Shown: positions 57,505-64,000 of the stretch, one piece after another | Position numbering within the stretch: the first letter of the stretch is position 1 | Layout: each line of letters begins with the position of its first letter | Source: Bacteriovoracaceae bacterium | GTDB taxonomy: Bacteria; Bdellovibrionota; Bacteriovoracia; Bacteriovoracales; Bacteriovoracaceae | Assembly: GCA_025210745.1 (NCBI GenBank) | Contig: JAOARC010000037.1 | Span: 447,440-511,439 of the forward strand | Reading direction: 5' to 3' | DNA length: 64,000 nucleotides | The notes under the pieces: generated by a model | Told to the model about the DNA's origin: nothing | The model's database searches: none | The model's input: the letters and a program-made list of their open reading frames with translations, nothing else | Program-made: the position numbers and the translations under genes

Positions 57505-58722
57505 ATGGCTTTAAAAAAATTTCAATATATTGGAAAAAGCTCTGATGGTAGAAAGGCTCAAGGTGAAATTGAGGCAAAGAATATTCAACAAGTAAAGAGA
57601 TTGCTTAGAAGAAAAGGTATTAGACCAAGTAAGATTATTGCTCCAAATCCATTAGATATTGATCTTGGTGTTTTTTTAGTCGAAAAGGGATTGTTGAGTC
57701 CATTTGGTGCAAAAGAACTTAATAAATTTACAAGACAGCTTGCAATTTTAATAAATGCAGGAGTTCCGATTCTTGAGGGATTAGAGATTCTTGCCAAGCA
57801 AGAAAAAAACCCTTCTTTAAAAAAATGTATTAATGAAATTGTAGAAGAGGTTGGTAAAGGAAAGTCTCTTCATGAATCAATGTCTATGCAAAAAGGATTT
57901 AGTAAATTGTATTGTTCTTTAGTAAAAGCAGGTGAAGCAGCAGGTATATTAGATACAATTTTAAATAAGTTAGCTGAGTTTTTAGATGGGCAAGAGAAGA
58001 TTAAAAAACAAATTAAAAGTGCAATGACTTATCCTTCTATTGTTGCAGTATTAGGTCTTGGTATAACTTGGGGGCTAATGGTTTTTGTTGTTCCTCAATT
58101 CGTTTCAATGTTAGAAGATAATAAAAAAGAGGTACCTTGGGTGACTCAGACAGTTATTGATGTTTCTGACTTTATACAAGAATATACTATATTAATGATT
58201 CCAAGTTTTTTTGTTTTTGGAATCATACTTTTAAATTATATTAAAACGAAACAAGGAAAAATGGCCTTTGATAGAGCAATGATGAAAGTTCCTGTTATTG
58301 GAGATATTGTCATTAAGGGATCTTTAGCTTCATTTACTCGAACTCTTGCTACTATGTTAGGAGCAGGAGTCCCAATTATTGATTCTTTGGATATATGCAT
58401 GGACACCCTTGACAATTCTCAAATGCAAAAAGATTTAAAAAATGTAAAAGAAGCGGTTGTTAGAGGTAAATCTATTACTGAACCTTTGGGCAGAATAAAG
58501 TATTTTCCTGATTTAGTTAATCAAATGGTTAAGGTCGGTGAGTCTACTGGTAATTTAGATCAAATGTTAATTAAGGTCGCGGATGTTTTTGAAGAAGAAA
58601 CATCAGAGTCTGTTGCTACTATGACAAAATTGATAGAACCATTCATTCTAGTCGTTTTAGGTGGAATTATTGGTTTTGTACTTATTGCAATGTATCTTCC
58701 AATGTTTACGGCTGCTGGCTGA
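57505..58722 (+). CDS. pilC: type IV pilus inner-membrane platform protein PilC
   Basis: Duplicated GspF-type domain (FTRQLAILINAGVPI / FTRTLATMLGAGVPI), 3 TM segments. Confidence 0.9.
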   Translation: MALKKFQYIGKSSDGRKAQGEIEAKNIQQVKRLLRRKGIRPSKIIAPNPLDIDLGVFLVEKGLLSPFGAKELNKFTRQLAILINAGVPILEGLEILAKQEKNPSLKKCINEIVEEVGKGKSLHESMSMQKGFSKLYCSLVKAGEAAGILDTILNKLAEFLDGQEKIKKQIKSAMTYPSIVAVLGLGITWGLMVFVVPQFVSMLEDNKKEVPWVTQTVIDVSDFIQEYTILMIPSFFVFGIILLNYIKTKQGKMAFDRAMMKVPVIGDIVIKGSLASFTRTLATMLGAGVPIIDSLDICMDTLDNSQMQKDLKNVKEAVVRGKSITEPLGRIKYFPDLVNQMVKVGESTGNLDQMLIKVADVFEEETSESVATMTKLIEPFILVVLGGIIGFVLIAMYLPMFTAAG

Positions 58723-58769
58723 TTAAATATTAAACAGAAAAACCTTACTCGTTGACTATGTTTTTGACA

Positions 58770-58797
58770 TAAAAAAAATAACAAATTTTACCGATAT
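58770..58797 (+). promoter_or_regulatory. candidate sigma-28-like promoter upstream of pilA
   Basis: TAAA(58770-73)-N17-CCGATAT(58791-97). The -10 heptamer plus the following G is identical to the fliC promoter. Spacing is 1 nt longer than consensus. Confidence 0.35.
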
Positions 58798-58896
58798 GTA
58801 TTATAATATAAGTATGAGGCATAATACTTCTTATGTACTCAATAATTATTTTTAGGTTATTTACTTACTCTTAACGTTAAGTAAAAGGAGATGAAC

Positions 58897-59556
58897 ATGA
58901 AGACTAACTTCAAAAATGAACAAGGCTTTACCCTTGTTGAATTAATGGTTGTTGTTGCTATTATTGGTATTTTATCAGCGGTTGCAATTCCAAATTTTCA
59001 AAAGTATCAGGCAAAGTCAAAAACCAGTGAAGCAAAGCTACAGTTAACCTCAGCTTATACAGCTCAAGAAGCTTTTTATGCTGATTATGGGATGTATTCA
59101 AATTGTTTGGCTTATATGGGTTATGATCCAAGTAATGAGGCGGCTCAAAGGTATTATGCTGTTGGAATTAATGTAACGGCAGCAGTTGATGCAACTCCTT
59201 ATGCTGATGCAACTTCTGCTGGATTAACTGGTTCTGGGGACTGTGCTCAAGCTATGGCTTCGGCTGATGGAGATACTTTCTTTGTAGCAGGTAAAGGTGT
59301 TGGTGGTGTTTTAATTAATACGGCTGCTTTAGTTGGTACGGCATTTGGTACTGGAAATACAACATGTACGGAAGCAAATGTTGATGCTGCAGGGGCTAAT
59401 GGTGTAGCATGTATTGGAACTCAAGTTACTGGAAACCAAGCGTTTAAAATTGTTGCAGCTGGAATTATTTCAAATGATGGTAATACAGCGGCAACCTCTT
59501 CGAAGTTCACGATTAGTTCAAATAAAATAATTTCAAACTTTAGGACTGGTTATTAA
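58897..59556 (+). CDS. pilA: type IVa major pilin PilA
   Basis: Leader [10 protein letters not shown] / [28 protein letters not shown] lies about 7 nt before ATG 58897; the track ATG 58891 is too close to the SD. Confidence 0.85.
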   Translation: MKTNFKNEQGFTLVELMVVVAIIGILSAVAIPNFQKYQAKSKTSEAKLQLTSAYTAQEAFYADYGMYSNCLAYMGYDPSNEAAQRYYAVGINVTAAVDATPYADATSAGLTGSGDCAQAMASADGDTFFVAGKGVGGVLINTAALVGTAFGTGNTTCTEANVDAAGANGVACIGTQVTGNQAFKIVAAGIISNDGNTAATSSKFTISSNKIISNFRTGY

Positions 59557-60368
59557 TTTTTTAAATTTAATTTATATTGATTAAATTTTATAGGGGCTTT
59601 ATAAAGAGCCCCTTTTTTTATATAAAAATTTCCAAAATAGTCTTTGTAAGAGCAGTTCTTTTTTTGTTTGTTTAGACATTCAAGATCTATTTGAGCTTTA
59701 ATAGCATAAAGTTCTTTTGTTATTTTTTCTTTTAAAAAAGAGCTCTTTTCTCGTTTGAGCATTTCCTGAAGGTTGCTGAAGATCAGTTGTGGTTTTGCTC
59801 CTGCTTGATATTGGATTTTAGGAAGAAGAGTCTTTAATAATTTGGGGGCTTTGGGAAAGTGAGAGACTTTTTCGTATAGTTTATATCCCATTTTAAAATC
59901 ATTAAGCTCAAAAGCGTAGAGAAAAGCAGCATTAATTAAGAGGTCGTAGTCACGAGGGTATTGCTTTAACCCACTATCAAATATTTCTTTAGCTCCTAGG
60001 AGATCATCTTTTACAATAGATAGGTATTTTCCACCAAGTTGATAGTTTTCTAAAAAAAATGGATCAAGAGATATAATTGTTTTAAATCTAAGATATAGCC
60101 ACGAGTTTAAGTCTTGTCGACTATAGTGATCAGTATCACTTTCTAATAAGGTTGTTATCCAAAATAGATCGCATAAAAGCCTTTGTTGTCCGGCTGAAGT
60201 TATTTGCATGAATTTATCATTTATATTAAGAGCTGATTGTTGTTTGCTAATATCAATTTTTGGAAGCTTAATATTTTTATTAATTAAACCTGAAATAAAA
60301 AAAAGCATTACTGTAAGGATGATAAAAATAATGTCTTTTTTCTTTTTTAAAATCATTTTATTTGCCAA
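59553..60368 (-). CDS. membrane-anchored TPR-like protein (occupies the slot between pilA and the pil ABC transporter)
   Basis: N-terminal [18 protein letters not shown], helical repeat-like body. The last ~25 codons run through the pilA terminator, so the 3' end is uncertain. Confidence 0.45.
   Translation of the reverse strand: MANKMILKKKKDIIFIILTVMLFFISGLINKNIKLPKIDISKQQSALNINDKFMQITSAGQQRLLCDLFWITTLLESDTDHYSRQDLNSWLYLRFKTIISLDPFFLENYQLGGKYLSIVKDDLLGAKEIFDSGLKQYPRDYDLLINAAFLYAFELNDFKMGYKLYEKVSHFPKAPKLLKTLLPKIQYQAGAKPQLIFSNLQEMLKREKSSFLKEKITKELYAIKAQIDLECLNKQKKNCSYKDYFGNFYIKKGALYKAPIKFNQYKLNLKN
59593..59619 (+). terminator. intrinsic terminator after pilA
   Basis: GGGGCT-TTATAAAG-AGCCCC followed by TTTTTTT, 37 nt after the pilA stop. 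Confidence 0.6.
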
Positions 60369-60398
60369 ATGAATGAATTAACTTTTAAATAATTCTAT

Positions 60399-61256
60399 AT
60401 GATTAATTTTGAAAACGTCACAAAAATTTTTAATACTGAGCTTTTTACTAAGCCTTTTGTTGCTGTGAATGATCTATCATTTAATGTTACCAGTGGAAAA
60501 ATCGTTGGCTTTTTGGGAGCTAATGGTGCTGGCAAGACAACATCTTTAAAAATGCTTATGGGGTTTATAAAAAGTAGTGCCGGAACAATAGATTTTTCGC
60601 ATGAGATGGGAAGTACGAAAAAAGAAATTTTTCAAAATATTGGTTTTTTACCTGAAAGACCTTACTTTTATCCTCATTTAAGTGGAAGAGAACTTTGTTA
60701 TTTTATGGGAGAACTTACTAATCTTAAAAAGAATGAAATTGAAAAAAGTATTAACTATTGGGCCCCTAAGTTTAAAATTGATTTTGCTTTAGATAGAAAG
60801 GTAAGGAAGTATTCAAAAGGAATGTTGCAAAGAATCGGGTTTTTAGTGACTCTACTGCATGATCCGAAGTTAATTATTTTAGATGAGCCTTTGTCTGGGC
60901 TTGATCCAATTGGAAGAAAAGAGTTAAAAGATATTATTCGATCTGTTAATGCAGATGGAAAAACTGTTTTTTTTAGTTCTCATATTTTATCTGATGTTGA
61001 GGAAGTATGTGACGAAGTGATTTTTATCAAGGAAGGAAAACTAATATATCAGGGAAGTGTAGAAGAAATTATAAGAAGTAATTCTAAAGATCTTAGTGAA
61101 GTTGTTTACTTAGATAATAATGGTAGTAAAAAAGTGCTAATGTTAGATTCGGACTCATTAAAAAGTGAAGTCGAAGGAATTCTTAATAAAGATTTCGAAT
61201 TAGTGAGTATAAAAAAGATACGACCTTCTTTGGAGGAAATTTTTTATAAAGTATGA
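60399..61256 (+). CDS. ABC transporter ATP-binding protein (Myxococcus PilH-like position)
   Basis: Walker A GANGAGKTT, signature SKGMLQR, Walker B LIILDEP, H-loop SSH. Confidence 0.85.
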   Translation: MINFENVTKIFNTELFTKPFVAVNDLSFNVTSGKIVGFLGANGAGKTTSLKMLMGFIKSSAGTIDFSHEMGSTKKEIFQNIGFLPERPYFYPHLSGRELCYFMGELTNLKKNEIEKSINYWAPKFKIDFALDRKVRKYSKGMLQRIGFLVTLLHDPKLIILDEPLSGLDPIGRKELKDIIRSVNADGKTVFFSSHILSDVEEVCDEVIFIKEGKLIYQGSVEEIIRSNSKDLSEVVYLDNNGSKKVLMLDSDSLKSEVEGILNKDFELVSIKKIRPSLEEIFYKV

Positions 61257-62029
61257 TTGATTTAAAAAAGAGTCTCATTGTAGCAAAATTTACTGTTAGA
61301 GAAGTCTTGCAAAGTAAGATATTAATAAATGTTCTTTTTTTAGGCTTGTGTTTATTAGCTTTAACTTTTGTTGCATTTAGTTTTACGTACGGAACTCCCC
61401 ATAGAGTTGCTTTAGACTTTGGACTTGGAACTCTTTCACTAAGTGCAGTGGGTATTTCAATTTTTATCGGAATATCTCTTATTTCAAATGAAATAGAATC
61501 TCGGACATTATATATGGTTTTATCAAGGCCAATTAGTAGACAAAGTTTCTTTGTTGGAAAAACTTTAGGTTTAGCAGCAGTGATTGTTATAAATACATTA
61601 ATACTAGCTTGTATTACAATGAGTATTTTTGTGCTAACAGGTGGTCAGATAACTTCTTTAATAATAAATACGATTGCTTTTATTATTATTGAAGCAATTC
61701 TTATGCTATCTATTGTCGTTTTATTGTCCTTGTTAACAAATAAGGTTTTAACTGTAATTATAGCACTGTCATTATATATTGTTGGTCATTCTATTTCTAC
61801 GACACAGCTAACATCAATGGTTCAAAATTCTGACTTTTTGCAAAGTGTTTTAGAAATCTATCACTTTATTTTACCTGGTTTTTATAAGTTAAATCTTAAA
61901 AACTATGTACTCTATTCAGATAAGGTTGATTTAAGCTTTATACCTTATAGTTATATTTATGGAGCTATGTATATTTTAAGTATAAACTTCTTATCAATAT
62001 ATATTTTCAGGAGAAAAAATTTTGACTAA
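61253..62029 (+). CDS. ABC-2-type permease (Myxococcus PilI-like position)
   Basis: Six hydrophobic segments. 4-nt overlap with the ATPase gene. Confidence 0.65.
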   Translation: MIDLKKSLIVAKFTVREVLQSKILINVLFLGLCLLALTFVAFSFTYGTPHRVALDFGLGTLSLSAVGISIFIGISLISNEIESRTLYMVLSRPISRQSFFVGKTLGLAAVIVINTLILACITMSIFVLTGGQITSLIINTIAFIIIEAILMLSIVVLLSLLTNKVLTVIIALSLYIVGHSISTTQLTSMVQNSDFLQSVLEIYHFILPGFYKLNLKNYVLYSDKVDLSFIPYSYIYGAMYILSINFLSIYIFRRKNFD

Positions 62030-62801
62030 AACTCCTTTAGAGCTTTACCCTATATTTATTATATTTGGAGCATTAGTAGGTAGCTTTTTAAACGTAGTTA
62101 TATATAGAGTTCCAAGAAACTTAAGTGTTGTTACTCCAAGATCGTCTTGTGTTTTTTGTGGTTATAAGATCAAATGGTATGAAAATATTCCAATTTTAAG
62201 TTATATTCTTTTAAGGGGAAAGTGTAAAAAATGTCATTCGCCTATACCAATTAGATATTTACTCGTAGAAATACTTTGTGCTTTTTTTGCTTATTTTCTT
62301 ATTCCAAGTTTTTTAGATTTTGAGTCTATATATTTATTTATTTTTTTATTTACTATTGCATCTTGTTTTTTAGCTCATTTTCTTATTGATATGGAACATC
62401 AAATATTACCGGATAAAATTAATCTAGTTTTATTTGTGGTATCTTTAACTTATATGGTAACTAAGACTACTTTTACACACTGGTTAATAGGTGGTTTGGT
62501 TGGGTTTATCATTCCATATATTGTGACTTGGAGTTTTTATAAGCTAAGAGGGGTTATTGGTCTTGGTGGAGGGGATATCAAGTTGTTTGGAATTTTAGGT
62601 ATAGTACTTGGTCCTGTCGCAATTGTTCAAAACTTATTTATGAGTTGTTTACTAGGTTCTATTGTTGGAATTGTATTAATACTAACAAAGCGAATGAGTC
62701 GAAGTACTGCACTTGCTTTTGGCCCATATATTATTATCATCGCTTCTTTGCAGATATTCTTTCCTTCTTTATTTAGAATTATTAATCCATTTTCAATTTA
62801 A
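62022..62801 (+). CDS. pilD: prepilin peptidase / N-methyltransferase PilD
   Basis: GSFLNVVIYRVP, CVFCGYKIKWYENIP...CKKC, GGGDIKL, FGPY. Confidence 0.9.
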   Translation: MTKTPLELYPIFIIFGALVGSFLNVVIYRVPRNLSVVTPRSSCVFCGYKIKWYENIPILSYILLRGKCKKCHSPIPIRYLLVEILCAFFAYFLIPSFLDFESIYLFIFLFTIASCFLAHFLIDMEHQILPDKINLVLFVVSLTYMVTKTTFTHWLIGGLVGFIIPYIVTWSFYKLRGVIGLGGGDIKLFGILGIVLGPVAIVQNLFMSCLLGSIVGIVLILTKRMSRSTALAFGPYIIIIASLQIFFPSLFRIINPFSI

Positions 62802-62883
62802 TAACATTTTGCACTAAAACCTTGATATTACGTTTTAAAAATATATATAATAGTAATTATATTGGTTTTCGAAGGATTGAAAA

Positions 62884-63975
62884 TTGTCAGGTTTAAAAGA
62901 TACATTGTCGGGGTTGCTTGCAAACTTTGATAAAGGACAGCTCGTTGGTATTGATATCGGATTAAGTTCCGTTAAGATGGCAATGATGTCTAAGTATAAA
63001 AAAACATATAAATTAGAATCTTATGCGGCTGTAGATTTAAGTGAAGCGGCTATTATTGAAGATGAAATACAAAAACCAGATGAAATCATTGATGCTATAA
63101 GTAGAGCATTTACCCAAATAAAGTCTAAGCAAAGAATTTGTTGTATTGGTGTTGATGGTCCAAATACTATGACTAAGAGAATGCAAGTATCTGATGGAAC
63201 AGCTGAAGAGGTTGAAGATAACGTTCTGTGGGAGTCTGAACAGTATATTCCTTTTGGGGTAGAAGACTCTGAGATTGATTACTTTGTTATTCGTGATATT
63301 AAAGATCAAGATGTAAAAGATGTTTTAGTCGTCGCAGCTAGAAATGATATAAGTGAAAAACTAATTTCTTATACTAAAGAAGCAGGACTTATTCCTAAGG
63401 TTGTTGATTTAAAATCTATTGCAATATCAAATGTATTTGAGCAGGCTTATCCTGATCGACTTGATGAATTAAGTGAAAACGGAACTATTATTGTTGATTT
63501 TGGAGCCCAAACCACCACTGTAATTGTGTATAAGAATAATGGTCCTGTCCTTACAAGAGAAATTCCTTATGGAGGAGTTTTAATTACTGAAGAAATTCAA
63601 AGACAAATGGGATTAAGCTATGAAGAGGCTGAGGACTTAAAAAAATCTGGTGATGAAAATGGTAATTTACCTGAAGAAATCATGGGTATTATTGATGATA
63701 AAGTAGTCAGTTTAATGGAAGAACTTAGAAAAATATTAAATTTTTATATTGCAGCCGGTTCTTCTGAACAAGCACGTTTTTGCTTTGCTACTGGGGGAGG
63801 AGCTTTACTTCCTGGTATTGTAGAGACTCTGTCTGAGTTAGTGGGAGTTGAAGTTGAGTATTTAAATCCTTTTGAAACAATTGAGTTTAATCAAAAAAAC
63901 TTTAGTGAAGATGAGATATCTTATATTGCATCTTCTGGTGTTGTTGCAATGGGATTGGGATTGAGAAAGGTATAA
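62884..63975 (+). CDS. pilM: type IV pilus assembly protein PilM (actin-like ATPase fold)
   Basis: VGIDIGLSSVKMA, IVDFGAQTTTVIV. Followed by a pilN-like start. Confidence 0.85.
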   Translation: MSGLKDTLSGLLANFDKGQLVGIDIGLSSVKMAMMSKYKKTYKLESYAAVDLSEAAIIEDEIQKPDEIIDAISRAFTQIKSKQRICCIGVDGPNTMTKRMQVSDGTAEEVEDNVLWESEQYIPFGVEDSEIDYFVIRDIKDQDVKDVLVVAARNDISEKLISYTKEAGLIPKVVDLKSIAISNVFEQAYPDRLDELSENGTIIVDFGAQTTTVIVYKNNGPVLTREIPYGGVLITEEIQRQMGLSYEEAEDLKKSGDENGNLPEEIMGIIDDKVVSLMEELRKILNFYIAAGSSEQARFCFATGGGALLPGIVETLSELVGVEVEYLNPFETIEFNQKNFSEDEISYIASSGVVAMGLGLRKV

Positions 63976-63978
63976 GAA

Positions 63979-64000
63979 ATGATAGAAATAAACCTTTCCC
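63979..64000 (+). CDS. pilN: first 7 codons of a probable PilN (3' end outside window)
   Basis: MIEINLS resembles the usual PilN N-terminus (M..INLLP). Position after pilM. Only 22 nt visible. Confidence 0.35.

Noticed and set aside
324-63309. About 30 short ORFs (60-106 aa) in the supplied track that lie inside or antisense to the longer genes: 324..509, 6602..6787, 10885..11148, 11748..11972, 13341..13661, 15382..15576, 18617..18832, 18860..19072, 24974..25177, 26142..26351, 27893..28102, 29176..29379, 30287..30490, 30342..30527, 30755..31072, 37191..37409, 37440..37655, 39193..39399, 42272..42580, 44360..44563, 48728..48979, 50224..50481, 52967..53161, 54066..54248, 56183..56419, 57585..57797, 58560..58784, 63037..63309.
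   Set aside because: Each is fully overlapped by a longer ORF with clear family motifs. Their translations are low-complexity or hydrophobic strings typical of off-frame reading of AT-rich coding DNA, and none has a convincing SD. Treated as non-coding.
1-64000. Search by eye for rRNA or tRNA genes, CRISPR arrays, IS elements, integrases, prophage genes, toxin-antitoxin pairs or classic defence genes (restriction enzymes, Cas, reverse transcriptases, and similar).
   Set aside because: None found. The intergenic regions are short and AT-rich with no tRNA-like GC-rich cloverleaf candidates, there are no regularly spaced direct repeats, and there are no transposase or recombinase motifs. The MoxR/VWA operon is interpreted as a Bat-type envelope system, not a defence system.

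Overview
Dense, visibly AT-rich bacterial chromosomal window with about 60 protein-coding genes, many joined by 4-nt ATGA/TTAA overlaps. I recognised no rRNA, tRNA, CRISPR array, transposase or integrase. The gene content (dcw cluster, RNase J, MutS2, NFACT/RqcH-like protein, Bat/MoxR-VWA operon, Myxococcus-like type IV pilus cluster, one flagellin) suggests a Bdellovibrio-like/Oligoflexia-type organism; this is inference only. Layout: (1) 1-11.3 kb, dcw cell-wall/division cluster murF-mraY-murD-ftsW-murG-murC-murB-ftsQ-ftsA-ftsZ. (2) 11.3-13.9 kb, secreted RCC1-propeller/PKD protein. (3) 14-19.5 kb, housekeeping genes (RNase J, udk, prmA, rsmE, heptose-1-P adenylyltransferase-like). (4) 19.6-31.7 kb, flagellar filament region: fliC with a consensus sigma-28 promoter, a PilZ protein, lpxH, then a long minus-strand operon fliD-fliS-(six uncharacterised ORFs including two GT9 heptosyltransferase-like proteins)-histidine kinase-response regulator-nadK. 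(5) 31.9-38.2 kb, membrane protein, IMPase-family protein, minimal sigma-54 activator, rlmE, PBP, lepB. (6) 38.2-45 kb, mutS2 head-to-head with an RqcH-like NFACT gene, then a 1060-aa orphan lipoprotein. (7) 45-53 kb, RlmI-like methyltransferase and the moxR-DUF58-batA-batB-batD operon. (8) 53-64 kb, ribF, aroE and the type IV pilus cluster pilB-pilT-pilC-pilA-(TPR, ABC transporter)-pilD-pilM-pilN'. The best candidate for an undescribed system is the GT9-based module inside the fliD-fliS operon, a putative flagellar filament or sheath glycosylation (heptosylation) system, which includes an unannotated 45-codon coupled ORF. Other points worth a second look: the mutS2/NFACT pair sharing one CATG as both start codons; an orphan intrinsic terminator upstream of fliD; a sigma-28-like promoter in front of pilA; and a MurD with substituted catalytic motifs. 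All functional calls rest on motifs read by eye from the translations and on gene order. No database search was run.
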